This document shows positions 11,529 through 25,174 of a stretch of DNA of 64,000 nucleotides, piece after piece (position 1 is the stretch's first letter; each line of letters begins with the position of its first letter). The stretch spans positions 49,848,001 to 49,912,000 of the forward strand of contig OX597814.1 of NCBI GenBank assembly GCA_951406725.2, given 5' to 3'. The notes beneath the pieces were generated by a model that did no database searches, was not told the DNA's origin, and worked only from the letters and a program-made list of their open reading frames with translations. Source of the DNA: Octopus vulgaris (lineage: Eukaryota). Position numbers and translations under genes: made by a program.

Positions 11529-13870
11529 AAGGTCGGTGAACGAACAACAAGGTCGGTGAACGAACAACAACAAAAAAGGAGTATTAAAACAACAAACTCA
11601 GCATCTGAGCAACTTTGAACCCCCATAACAACTGAAGAGGTCACCCAGGCACTGCAAAGACTAAGCAACTGGAAGGCACCTGGGCATGACAAGATCCCCA
11701 ACTTCTGGTTGAAATATCTAACAGCAATGCACAAAAAGCTGACTGAAAACTTTAACAACACACTAGCAGATCCAGAGACAATGCCAGAATGGCTCACGAA
11801 GGGGAAAACCATCTTAATTCCCAAATCAAATGAGACAGCAAAACCAGAAAACTACAAACCAATAACCTGTCTCCCTACAATGTACAAGGCATTTACTGCA
11901 GTGATATCGCAAAGGTTGAAGAAGCACCTGGACGAAAACAACCTGTTTCCAGAAGAGCAGAAAGGATGCCGCAAAGGCTCATATGGCTGTAAAGATCAAC
12001 TAATGATTAATAAAGCCATAACTGAAGACAGCCACAGAAAGAAGAAAGGCCTGGATCGACTACAAAAAGGCGTTTGATAGCATCCCCCACACATGGATCC
12101 TCGAAACACTAGCCATTAACAAAGTAGCACCAACAATTATAAAATTCATAGGGCACTCTATGAATAAATGGCAAACAGTCCTACACCTCCAAACAAAAAA
12201 GGGACTTATGAAAACCAAGGACATCCACATTAGAAGAGGAATATTCCAGGGAGACACGCTCTCTCCACTCCTTTTCTGCTTGGTACTGTCACCTCTATCT
12301 GATATGCTAAATAGAACTGGATGCGGATATAAATGTTACGGCAAAACGATCAGCCACCTTTTATATATGGATGACCTAAAACTATACGCTGCACATGACA
12401 AACAGTTGGAAACACTATTAAATACAGTTCATGGATTTACCAAAGAAATAGATATGAAATTTGGATTAGAAAAATGCGCCAAAGTAACCATGAAAAGGGG
12501 AAAACTAGTTAAGAGTAGCAACATCACACTAGATAAAACCAATGAAATAAAAGAATTAGACCAAAGCCAAACTTACAAATACTTAGGAATCCATGAACTA
12601 GATAAGACACAACACACACAAATGAAAGAGAAAATAAAAAAGAATATTATAGACGAGTTAGATCAATACGAAAAACAGAGTTCAATGCTAAAAACAAGAT
12701 AATAGGTATTAACACTTTAGCTGTCCCAGTTATAAGTTACAGCTACAATATCCCTTAACTGGACACTAAATGAACTGACCAAAATAGATAGGAAAACAAG
12801 AAAAATAATGACAGGATCTAGGATACATTACACAAAATCTGACATAGAAGAAGAAGAAGAAGAAGAAGAAGAAGAAGAAGAAGAAGAAGAAGAAGAAGAA
12901 GAAGAAGAAGAAGAAGAAGAAGAAGAAGAAGAAGAAGAAATAACAAAAGCTATAAAACAAATGAAATCCAAACTAAAACTAGAACAGCAACGAACCATGA
13001 TAAAACGATGGCAAGAAAAGCCCCTTCATGGTAAATACTAGACTAAACTAAATGCAAAAGAAATAGACAAAGAAAAATCCCAGCAATGCTTGAGAAGCTC
13101 AGGACTCAAAGTAGAGACAGAGGGATTTTTAATTGCAGCACAAGACCAAAGCCTCCCCACCAGAAATTACCAAAAACATGTAATGAAAAGAAATATAACA
13201 AGTAACTGCAGAATATGTGGAGATGGACAAGAAACAATAAATCATATTATCTCTGGCTGCCCAGTCCTGGCTAAGAAGGAATATATTCACAGACATGACA
13301 GAGTTGGAACCTACATACACTGGAAGCTATGCCAACATTATAGAATAACAACAGAAAAAAGATGGTATAAGCACACACCAGAAAAGGTCACAGAAAACGA
13401 GAAAGCAACCATACTCTGGGATATGCCGATACACACAGATAGAGAAATTAAGGCCAACAGACCAGATATAGTTGTCAGAGATCACGAAGAAAAAAAATGC
13501 TTTCTAATTGATGTATCAATACCGGCAGATGACAACGTGTCTCTAAAAGAAATGGAGAAACTTTCAAAATACAAAGACCTGGAAATAGAGGTAACCAGAA
13601 TGTGGAATCTAAAAACAGAAACAATCTCTATCATAGTAGGTGCATTAGGCATGATAAAAAAATATTCAGACAAATACATAACAAAAACACCAGGACTTAC
13701 AAACACATGTAACATACGGAAAATTGCACTACTAGGCACTGCACACATCCTACGCAGAACACTTTCCATACAATAACCATCAGAGCATCACTACAAATCA
13801 CAGCACATACCTAAGGCACACAGAGCTGCGCTCGGTAGTGAAGTGAAAGCACGCTATAAAAATAAAACTA

Positions 13871-13937
<67 letters not shown>
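11529..13937 (+). pseudogene. 5'-truncated R4/Dong-like non-LTR retrotransposon (RT + CCHC + RLE), frameshifted
   Basis: WKAPGHDKIPNFWLK, NYKPITCL, EQKGC, WIDYKKAFDS, GIFQGDTLSPLLF, YMDDLKL, YKYLG, CRIC..ETINHIISGC, RHD, RPDIVV..LIDVSIP..KLSKY. Stop at 13776, (AAT)n on both sides. Confidence 0.95.
12847..12939 (+). repeat. (GAA)~31 tract inside the LINE ORF
   Basis: Pure GAA run encoding in-frame poly-Glu. Confidence 0.95.
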
Positions 13938-13939
<2 letters not shown>

Positions 13940-14195
13940 CCCTATCATAGCATTAGGCATGATAAAAAATATTCAGACAAATACATAACAAAAACACCAG
14001 GACTTACAAACACATATAACATACAGAAAATTGCACTACTAGGCACCGCACACATCCTACGCAGAACACTTTCAATAGCGTAACAATCAGAGCATCACAA
14101 CAAATCACAGCACATACCCAAGGCGCACAGAGCTGCGCTCGGTAGTGAAGTGAAAGCACGTTATAAAAATAAAACTACTGAATGATAATAATAAT
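13938..14195 (+). mobile_element. Second, tandem 3' fragment of the same Dong-like LINE family
   Basis: Close copy of 13627-13880 with a short AAT tail. Confidence 0.9.
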
Positions 14196-14244
14196 AAAAC
14201 ACAGAAAGACTAATACAACCCAGCAGGACAATTGAAAAATAACT

Positions 14245-15250
14245 CTCAAAGACTGGAATATCTACAATTTCCTGTGAGTATTTTGAATTTCCCTCGAAAT
14301 AAGTTAAGGAACTTACCTACAGTTTTCGAACACATAGACGATCAATTTTAAAACCTTTAATATCTACAACTTCTGTGAATACCTATCCTTTCCTTTATCC
14401 CTGAATATTCGGAAATGTAAACATCCTCTTTACTCCAAGCACGCCACAGTTTTCTCTGTTCGGATAGACAAAAGATCATCTCCAGTAAATTTTAAAACAT
14501 TAATATCTACAATTCTCTGTAAAAATTTTATTTTCCTTTTCTTCCTTTCCGTTCTCCCTGAGTATTCCAAAATGTAAACATACTTTTTATTGCAAAAACA
14601 CTACAGTCTTCTCTTAATGGACATACAAACGAACATCTCAAAATAATTTAGAAACTTTACTATTCCCAATTTTGTATGAACATTTTACCTTTCCTTTTTT
14701 CCTGACTACCCGAATATGTAAACATGTAACAAAACAATTAAATGCACAAAAACCCCCCAAAATTAAGGAGGTAAGCACCTGCCAATATATACATACCGCA
14801 TAACTACAAAATCTGTAAACCACAGCAAAACGTTTAAAAAGAAAAGAAAAATTCCAAAAGAAAAAGAACTTTAGAAATTAAAAAATTCAACAAGGTGAAC
14901 ATCTCTTCCTCCTACTATACCCAAAGATTGGAATATCTACAATTTCCTGTGAATATTTTAAAATCTCCCTCAAAATAAGTTAGGAAACTTACATACCTAC
15001 AGCTTTCGAACACACATACGATCAGTTTTTTAAAAAAAACCTTTAATATCTACAACTTCTGTGAATACCTATCCTTTCCTTTTCCCTGAGTATTCGGAAA
15101 TGTAAACATCCCTTTCATTGTAAAAACACTTCTGTACTCTCCAACTGGATAGACAAACGAACATCTTTAAAACTTTAATATATTAAATTTTGTATGATAC
15201 GTATACCTGACTACCTAAATATGTAAACATACCTTTTATTGCAACAACAC
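14245..15250 (+). repeat. Diverged tandem repeat (100-145-bp subunits, ~680-bp higher-order duplication)
   Basis: atatctacaa recurs at ~14259, 14360, 14503, 14933 and 15046. aaatgtaaacat also recurs. Block 14248-14470 is repeated at 14923-15160. Confidence 0.75.
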
Positions 15251-15490
15251 AATTGAATTCAGAAATTCAAAAGTTCAACGACGTAAATATCAGAATATAT
15301 ATATATATATACGTCTAAATATTTGTTGTGCAAGATTTTTTATGTGAAGTCGTGTGTTGAAACAGATATTGTTATATTTCGGAATAAGATTAAAATTAAT
15401 GTAAAAAATAAATATCACTGAAGCAAAATAACACCAAATATATAGTGCGTGTGTTTTTATTGGCTAAACTGGCAATATGACCATTCCGAA

Positions 15491-15522
<32 letters not shown>

Positions 15523-15525
15523 ATG

Positions 15526-15581
<56 letters not shown>

Positions 15582-16259
15582 TATTAATTGTATTATTGTT
15601 TTCTGTAACAGTAATTACAAATAGAACAGGTTGAATTGCTTCTTCTTAAGACCAAGGACAGCGCTCTTAGTGGTCGCTGGTTGTAGTAAATACATTTGAC
15701 TTCTGCAGAAACAAAGGGTGCGAAGATTCTTTTGTCTCTATGGCTGACCTCCCCACCACAGCCGAATCTATTTATAGACCTGTAGAATTTGATCTATTCA
15801 CCAAGCAGCTACTTCCCTATTCCTCTTCATCCTTCCCCCTACATCCCCCAACTATTTCTTCCAAAAACCACATATTTACGGTTATCTCAAGTACAAAAGT
15901 TGAAAGTAAAGAACATTTAACAAAATCTTTTAATAATAAATGGAAATAGTAATAATGATAACAATGGTGGTAGTGGTGGTGATGGTGATAATGATAAAAA
16001 TAAAAATAATGATAATATGCTGCAGCTGCCAATACTACAAATACTACAACTACTATTATTCTGATAGCACAGGAATCTGAGGCCCAAACAATGATACCAG
16101 TGATATCAGTGATGATAATAATAATAATAACAATAGTAGTGAAAGAAGCAGGTGGAGTCTCCCCATGTCCTGATTAATGATAAATTTAGTGATGGTGTCA
16201 CAATAAAAACACTGGTAATTGCGCAACCTGATAATCGCTACCTCATGAGTGACAATGAA

Positions 16260-17238
16260 TAAACAAAATATTGTGAATATGGGACACTCCAACCAAAAAG
16301 TGGCACAGATTGTATGTACCAAGAAAAGAGGGGGAAGAGAGGACTTATTGGATGCTGACACAGCATTCGAGCAGAAGAAAACACCATAGCATGGTATGTA
16401 AAAAATGCTACAGAACCGCTATTATTAGCAGTAAGAAGGCCATGCTTGTGTAGGATGACAGATTGCATAGATAAAGCAATATACAAGTAACTGAAAGCGA
16501 ATGAAACAAAAAAAAAAAATAGATGGGTAAAGAAAAGAATGCATGGACAATTTCATAGGGATGTTGAAGATAAGACAGACATAAAAAAAGATGTTTGTGG
16601 ATGACTAAAAGTGGTTTAAAACCGGAAACGGAGGCTCTAATCTGTACTGCCCAAGAGCAAGCACAGAGAACAAACTACATAAAATACAGAGTAGACAACA
16701 CATCAGAAAGTGATAAGTACAGATTCTGTGGACAAAATGGTAAAACTGTATAGCATATTACCAGCCAATGTACGCTTCTAGCCCAGAAGGAATATAAGAG
16801 ACGCCACAACAATATAGCCAGGCTTGTCCATTGTACACTTTGCAACAAGTATGAACTTGATAGAGGAAAAAATTGGTACGACTACATACCCGAAGGCATC
16901 ATCGAAAATAGAAATGCAAAGATTCTATAGGATTTTATTATTCAGTGCACCCATGAGATAGAGAATAAAAAGCCAGGTATAGTCTTAATACAGAAAGAAA
17001 CCAAACTATGCTGGATCATAGATATAGCATGCCCAGCTAACAACAAGGTATGCGATAAGGAAGAAAGAAAAGTCGTGATATGACAGGTTAGCTTGGGAAG
17101 TTAAGCAGTTGTGGTCGATGAAAAAGGTAGCAGTAGTACCAATAATTGTCGGAGCCCTGAGAACAGTGAGCAAAAATCTCGAGAAGTACGAGGAACAAAT
17201 AGGGGCTGCAATAAGGATAGAGCACTTGCAGGAAACAT
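16260..17238 (+). pseudogene. Older decayed R4/Dong-like LINE 3' half
   Basis: KRGGRGL, MHGQF, LKPETEALICTAQEQ, EYKRRHNNIA, CWIIDIACP, VVPIIVGAL, with stops and frameshifts. Confidence 0.85.
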
Positions 17239-17244
17239 TTGATT

Positions 17245-18800
17245 ACCAGATCTGTCGAACACGCGACAGCAGGTGTTCGAAATAATGCAATTAATCAAAA
17301 ATACTCAGGCATTAGAGATGTGCATGCAGAACAGTTTCATCACTCTGCCTGCATCCCGGGAAGACCCGGCTGACGGCTCTTATTTACCAGTAGAGTTTAT
17401 CACGAACAAGCAAAACTCGCAGTAACACTGCCAGGCCAGAAATTTCTGGAAATTATCCATGGGTCCCAGACCGAAAGTACTCCGGAACTGACTAGGCAGC
17501 TGATTTACTACGATGCCCAGAGTCTCTTCGAGAATGTCGTTGCTTTTGCCAACCACTAACCCTCTATGAAACGCCAAAGAGGAACTTCCACCGACTGCAT
17601 TGTTCGACTGGAAGAGGACTGTGAGTGTCTGAGGATACTCTGAGACAGCAAGTGTCAAACACACGAGCTGTGAAAAATGGGTCTAACAAATAGCAACCAC
17701 GCATGCTCACCATCAAGGAAACTCTGGAGATGACGCGGCTTCAATGAATGTCTGCACATCATCCATGGCATGCCCAGTCCCCAACACAGCTTGTGCTGAC
17801 AAGAAATGTACTATCTAGCCAGTGGAATGTTTCCCTTTCACAGAAAGTTGAAGAACAGGCACTCCAGTTTGTTCAGACTTGAATTGGGCCAAGGTACAAC
17901 GGTTAGACAGTAATATATGACGGAGGCGGTGTAAACGTTCTTCAGGTGCTCTGCTGCTGGACCATTTATTTTACTTGGTTGATTTTTGCTCCACTCACCA
18001 TCACGTAGTCCTTTATTGAAGTACCCATCACCTCTATGTGATTGGTGTCCAACACTATAACGATGAAGCCGTCTGCGTATACAGACACGGTCCTTCTACA
18101 TCCTAGTTCATGTAGGACTCCCACCAACATCTCAGTAACGGTCAACGGCCCGTACGTACAGAAGGGACGAGAGGGAATAACCTTGACAGACCGAGTGTAT
18201 GGTACTGAATGGTACCAATAGGTTACCTTTTACCTAACCACCGAACACATCTCGCTGTAAATTGCGACAATCCAACAACAGAAGGGACCAAAACTACCCT
18301 GTGAGAACAAACGCCAAGTATTGGTGATCAACCCAGTCAAAAACAGTTTATTGATCTAAAATGATGAGGACTCCACTCATGTCAGTTGTCTTACGCACTC
18401 TCTCTATGATGTATTGCATAAGGTAGAGGTTGTGGTAGATAGATCTGTACGGAGTGGCGTATGCCTAAGCATGGTAACAAACGCCAACCTCTTTTTTAGG
18501 AGCTTGGCGAAAATATTGAAACCTGTGTTTAACAGAGTCATGGCACAAAAATGATCAATGTAATACCGCTTGTTTGAGTTCTTTCTCAGCAGCGCCACCT
18601 CGACTCGCAGAACTGGGTATTCCTCCATTTTGTTGTCAGTTGCAGTAAATGTCTACCAAGAGGTCTTCAAGCAAGTCTGGCATACAAAAGTGAAGCTCAT
18701 AGGGCAGACCATCCAAGCCAGGTGATTTAAAGCCCGATCGATCAATTTTGTTCCTGCAGCGTCTAAACTTCAGAATAACAGTTTATCTTCTATGTCAAAG
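17245..18800 (-). pseudogene. Decayed Tx1/L1-like LINE RT and C-terminal zinc finger
   Basis: LLRKNSNK..FCAMTLLNTGFNIFAKLLKKRL, VCQGYSLSSLLY, SVYADG (YADD-like) and CRQSDETVLHAHL*C. Confidence 0.7.
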
Positions 18801-18954
18801 AGAAACGCAGCCACTAACCAGCCGATCTTTATTTCTAGGTGCACGTCGACTATATTTTTATTACCTACGGCCAAGATAGATTGGTATGAGAACCAGTTCA
18901 GAGCTCGCAAGTAGGCATTTTGCATATTTTAATTTTGCAAATGCTTGGCAGTGA

Positions 18955-19165
18955 GTGGTTTCAAATTGTGGCAGGCTAGCAGTTCTTAGGGGAGATAAAT
19001 CAATTATGTCAACTCAGTACACAACTGGTACTTATCTTATCAACGCCGAACGGATGAAAGGCAAGATTAATCCCAGTGGAATTTGAACTCAGAACGTATT
19101 GAGTCGAAAGAAATACCGCAAAGCATTTTGCCAGAGACTCTAAGTTTTGCCAGCTCACTGCCTTT
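18955..19165 (-). mobile_element. SINE family A
   Basis: cggatgaaaggc..ggaatttgaactcagaacgt..tgccagctc. Confidence 0.7.
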
Positions 19166-19184
19166 AAATAAAAATATTTATTTC

Positions 19185-19316
19185 TAATATAGGAACAAGG
19201 CTTGAAATCTTCGGAGAAAGGGCGAGTCGATTATATCGGACCTAGTACTTGACTGCTGTTTTATTTTATCGGCTTCGAAAGGATGAGGGCAAAGTCGACC
19301 TTGGTGGAATTTGAAC
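19185..19316 (-). mobile_element. SINE family A, truncated
   Basis: cgaaaggatga..ggcaaagtcgaccttggtggaatttgaac. Confidence 0.65.
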
Positions 19317-19846
19317 ACACACCACACACACACACACACGCACACGCGCACGCACACACACGCACACGTACACACACACACATTAATCGGTTATAAAGTT
19401 GCGTAGGTGACTCATCGGCCAAGAGCTTAGTGAATTGCTAAGTTAGATAATTGCAATGCGTGAAACTCCTGGCCCTTGAGTCCCTTATGTAACTTCAGAG
19501 CCGATTAAAATATATAGGTATATGCATATGATGAGATGTGTGCTTCAAGATCAATGGAAATAAAATGTTATTCAATGTATATTAAACTGCAATTCAAAAT
19601 TGTATATTCTGTAGTTAAGTGAAATTCAACATATTGTCTTAGGAAACAACTGCAACAACCAGTCAACATAGAACATTACTATTCACATGGATTACAATAA
19701 ATATATTTATATTACTTTTGATTTATTATGAGCAACATTTTTGTTCCAACTTTTCCTATAAGGTGAAACATTGAATATTTCTGCATACATTATTCTATTA
19801 TTGTGCTCCGTAGAGGACATTCTTTTCCATCAACCTTTTCTTTCTA

Positions 19847-19895
<49 letters not shown>

Positions 19896-19934
19896 TATAT
19901 ATTATATATATATATGTTTTATATATATTATATA

Positions 19935-19987
<53 letters not shown>

Positions 19988-20005
19988 ATATATATATATA
20001 CATAC

Positions 20006-20039
<34 letters not shown>

Positions 20040-21049
20040 TATATATATATTTCTGAAAGTAGATTTTGATTGGTTTATATTCATTATTATTCATGGAAAA
20101 CATTAAGAAGAGCAAAAATTATGTGATAAATATTACAAAGCAACCCATTTAATTGTTATTTCACGAAGTTGGAACTTATACCACTTCATATTTAACAGAA
20201 ATTCTTCTCCAGTTTTGGAAACATTTCTTAAATAAAATGTCTGAAATTTATTGAAGGTGAAATTTTGGAGCGTAATGTCATTAGGTATATTTATATTAAC
20301 ATATAGAAAAGAGACATATTAGGGAAAGGCCGGGCGACCAAAATAAAGGAAAACAATATAAACGAAGGTTTGTGATAAAAGTTGAAAAGAGAATTTCGAA
20401 GTCCTATTATTTTGGAAATTAATTGCAAAATGTGACTACGTGGGTAAAGAACTCTACCGATAACTGCAAGATGTTGCTTTAAATCTTAATATTGCAGAAT
20501 GAATAGCCAAATATCACACCGTTGTCAGTTACACAGGATTTGTAATTTTTGACATATTCTCTTTTGTCAAAGACATTACTCTGATAATGTTTTCAAAATA
20601 TATTTAGATATAAAGAGGCGGAAAACTATCAGAGTTATTAGAGAGCCGGATAGATTGCCTCATTGTATTTGTTGCAACCGAAGTTAACTTTGTCTTTCAT
20701 CTTTTCGGGGTCGTTGAACAGAAGTACCAATCTAGAGCAGTAGATCAGCGGAGCTGTCAGAATACCGGATCAGTATTTTCGGTATTTGCGTTCTGGGATA
20801 GATTCTGTTTAGATACCTAAAAAGTATTCTTACCAAATCTCAGGTCTAGCGTGGTAAGTGAGGCAAATCTTCGAAACAAATGCCAGCATTAAATGTGTAG
20901 AGATACAAAGAAGGATTCTCCAGTAGGAGCGATATGTACTCCTGTGAATGAATGAATCCTTATGCTGGAAGCCAGTTATATTTTTGGGAAGTAGAAAGCT
21001 CTCAACAAAAAACAAACGTTTCAATAAACATATGATTATAAAAGTGCAA

Positions 21050-21950
21050 CTAGCTGAATTGATTGTCGACCTACAGATAGAAAATTCTAGTATTCACACA
21101 TGGTTACTGCCCCCTCACCATGTACCCAGCCAAGAAATTTAATTCTCATTATTCCCATCAACTAAGCCTAGCCTCTATCTGCCAAAACATGGTCTTCCCT
21201 ACTAGGTCATCCCGCCGCTACCATATCGTTCACACATCTACAAACTATGCAATTACTCGAATGCCTGACCTCATGTCACTCCCAATCAGTTAATTGGTTG
21301 GAACTTCACAAGTTCTAAGCTAGTTCTCTCTAGTAGCACCTGCGCTGAACCCCAGACCTATTAAAAATTGCCTGGTAGTACCAGAAATTGTCCTCATAAG
21401 CGTGTCCGCCCACATTTCCCTCAAATAGAATTCGTAGTCCCAAGGAGCAATTTAAACGACGAGGCCTAAAATTCTTGCAGAAATTACACACACCTTACAT
21501 ACTGCAAACTGTAAGACCGTCTGATGTTGAAAATTGCCTCTACTCATAGCGCTGCTATCCAGTTTCCCAGATTACAGCCCATACTTTAGGTCTCCTGCTA
21601 AAAAGATCTGTACTAATTTTTCGGAACCCCACTCCTACTTCTCAGCCGTGATGGTCCTATAACTTGTGCGCCCACAGAATAATCTATTTTTTCTACCCAC
21701 ATAAATCCAAATCTTCACTATGTACAGTCCTCAAAACTACCTTTTCTACACCGTGAAATGCACCACCGCATGCACATGCTGCCTAAATGCAAAAGTACCT
21801 CCGGTACCATCATAGATTACACTAATCTCTATACACACTCCTTCCTTCCAAAACATCGGCCTACTAGATTACTGTCTTGCGCATATTTCTTCAACAGCTG
21901 TCGACTTTTAGCAGTAAACACACTAAACGCATAGGTCTTAAGGGCTCGCA
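21050..21950 (+). pseudogene. Possible very decayed LINE RT region
   Basis: C/A-rich strand with fragments such as ILQTVRPSDVENCL resembling the RT domain-0 lead-in. No intact motifs. Confidence 0.25.
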
Positions 21951-22211
21951 AGAATTGAGTATAGCCTCTTACAATATTTCCCTCATTTCTACCTTCTTTC
22001 TGTCTCTCTCTCTCGTTCTCTATTTGCCTTTTTACTGTCTTCCCCCCAAATTTCTACTACAACAGTGAATTTTAATTTTCAGTCTCCTATATATATATAT
22101 ATATACTACTAATATAGGATGAAGTTCTTTTACAGAAAAAAAATTCCATCAAAAAATGTGGCAGCATATTAAAATACCTTTAAGGTTAAAGTTATAAACA
22201 ACTTATATATA

Positions 22212-22386
22212 AAGGCTAGATAAAATTATTTCTATGCCAATATGCTGATAACAGACTTTTAAATCGTCAATTTCCACATATTATTTACTCGCATATTATT
22301 TCTGTAGCGAGTAAATAATATGTGGAAATTGACGATTTAAAAGTCTGTTATCAGCATATTGGCATAGAAATAATTTTCTTTAGCCC

Positions 22387-22388
<2 letters not shown>
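22212..22388. repeat. Short fold-back element (~70-bp arms) between (TA)n tracts
   Basis: aaaattatttctatgccaatatgctgataacagac..ttatttactcgc and gcgagtaaataa..gcatagaaataatttt are reverse complements with a ~14-nt loop. Confidence 0.9.
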
Positions 22389-22433
<45 letters not shown>

Positions 22434-22468
22434 TTCATCTCACTGTCATATGTATATCTATCTATGTA

Positions 22469-22517
<49 letters not shown>

Positions 22518-22522
<5 letters not shown>

Positions 22523-22934
22523 GTATTGGCATCCTTTCTGTCTCGGGAGACAATGGAGTTGCGCATGTTTTTTTTTTTTTTTTTTGTAGTCTAGTCCGGC
22601 TTTTATATTTCATGTCCTGATACATTTCCTGCTGTGGCTGTGTAGTCCTATCCTGGACAAACACTTCCTCAGGCAGGTACCGCAAAAGTAGCGAAGACTG
22701 TTCCTGGCTGGTTGTAGTGCCATAGTCTCTTGTTTACGTCTCTTCCTTTCTTTCCATTTCTCCTCTCTCTCTCTATCACTCTTTTCTATTCCCTCTTTTA
22801 CTGTACGTCGCCATTCTCCACGGTTGCCGGCAACTGCCTCCCAACCGCTAATATTGATGTTGCAGGCCTTCATATCCCTTTTGCAAACATACCTGTAACG
22901 TAAGATCGGTCTACCCACAGACCTAGTACCACAG

Positions 22935-22935
<1 letters not shown>
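22518..22935 (-). pseudogene. RTE-clade LINE 3' end with terminal zinc finger
   Basis: GRPILRYRYVCKRDMKACNI..WEAVAGNRGEWRRTV..CGTCLRKCLSRIGLHSHSRKC, followed by a short 3' UTR. Confidence 0.85.
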
Positions 22936-23008
<73 letters not shown>

Positions 23009-23373
23009 GTATGTGTACGTGTGTATTGTGCTTTTAACAAGTTTATGAAGAGATATTGTCTATGATAATTCCACTGCGTCATACCGTCTAACGGTGTGTA
23101 TATATTTAGTATGTTACACAAATGACGATATATATGTACACACACACACACACACACACACATACACACACACACACACTCACACACACACATACACACA
23201 CACGTATACACACACATTCCTTCAGGCATCCGTTTGGGGCCTGCGAAACTTGAAGTTGCACAGAACCGAATCAGACTGTTTTAAATAATACATATAGCTC
23301 CTCTTAGATGTGTTGAGTACCCTTTTCCTTCGCTTGTACACTCTCTCTGTCCCCCCTCTCTCTCTATATATAA

Positions 23374-23419
<46 letters not shown>

Positions 23420-25174
23420 ACACACACATATATATATATTTATTTATCTACATACATACATACACATATGCACGCGCGCGCGCGTGCAAACACACATATA
23501 CACTATACACTGCTTTGGTTTTAATTATACTCCAGTTGTTCCTCTTTCAAGTAATTTACCACCGCTTTGTATTGTAGTTTGTGACTGAAGTAAGTTACTC
23601 AGACACGTGGCAGTTAGACTGAGTGTGACAGTGTGTGTGTGAAAAGGTTAGTCTTTTGAATTACTGATGTAGTCTATCTGCCTGTGTTCCACTTAGTTTC
23701 TATCTACTCAGTTTCACTCACAATATTTGAGTTATCTCGTGGTAAAAGGCATTTGTCCATGGTAGCACGCAGTGTGATCGAACTTTTGACCATATGGTTG
23801 TGAAGGCGGTGTCTGCATTCACCTGGAGTCTACTTGAGGTAGTGCGCACTAATGGTACACCACCTGAGGTAGGGTGACATTGTCTTCAACTTCTTTCTAT
23901 ATCGTCTCTTTATTCTTGGACCACATGGTGACGTGGAGACATGGGGTGAGAACCATCCTTATGGACAACTGCTGGTTTTTCTATACAATCTTGTCCAAGA
24001 GAGGACAAACTGAAGCAAGACTTTCTAGGTGCAGATCCATAGAGATATACGGATACCAAATAACACACACACACACACACACACAAATACACACACAGAC
24101 ATACACACACATGCTGCGCACGCGCGCTTATGTATGCACGTATGGGATTCTCTTTGTTTTCTCCTTTCCCTCTATTCTTCCCACTTCTTTTGACTAATTA
24201 TTTCATTTTCCCCAGCCTGTTTATTATATTTATTCTCTACTTCCTTCTGTCTTCCTTTCGTATCTTTTCCTATGACTTTCTCTCTCTTTGCTTTTACATT
24301 TTCTAGTTTCACCTCTCTCAACCTTCCTGTATATTTTCTCATTTATCTTTTAAATCTTTTCCCTTTTCTTTCTATTTCTGTCTTTTCCTATCGCTTCTCC
24401 TTTGTTCTCGGCATTCCTTGTACACTCACAAATACCCTTTCCTTTTATCCATCTATCTCTTTCCCTCTTTCCTCTCTTTTATTCTTTTATGTTCTTTGTA
24501 TCTATCGGGCACACGCAAATACACCTCTCTACGTAGATCTCACTCTCTCTGTCACTCTCTCTCTTTCTCTCTGTCACTCTCTCTTTCTTCTTTATACGTT
24601 TACTGTCTATCGCGCACACAAATACAGATACACAGTTTGATATCCCAGGGAGTTATTTTTTGTTATTTTTTTTACGTTTAGTTTTCTGTGATATTTGTTA
24701 AGCGATGCTCGGTCTAAACAGTTTAGAGAAGAGTAACGAGGTCGTTTTCCTGGGTGTTCTATCATTAGACGTTTCTAACGAAGGTATCTTGCAGAGTCAG
24801 ATTCTAATACTATCTAATTGATTTGCTACCGCAGCTGCTTTGTCTATATTCGTGAGAAAGTTCCGAGAAATCAAAGCCATTCAGTTATCTTAATGCTTGA
24901 GAAAAAATAGTCCTTGACAAACATCACGCAATAACCTTGATTCAAAGCCACCTTGTATTCTGCTTCCTTATGAAAAGCACATTTCCCCCCTACTCTTATT
25001 GAGTTATCGAATGATTTGAGCAATTCGACATGTGTAAAAAAAAAGTGGGTGGAGGAAGAAACTGATTTTCTGTAACGAGAGATACTTTAAATGAAAATAC
25101 ACACGGATACACATACAACTATCACCATCGCCAACAACGATGCCACTAACACCGACATCATTACCATTGTTTTA

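Noticed and set aside
14245-15250. CRISPR-like array
   Set aside because: Eukaryotic context, degenerate units whose intervening sequences are also related, and no cas genes.
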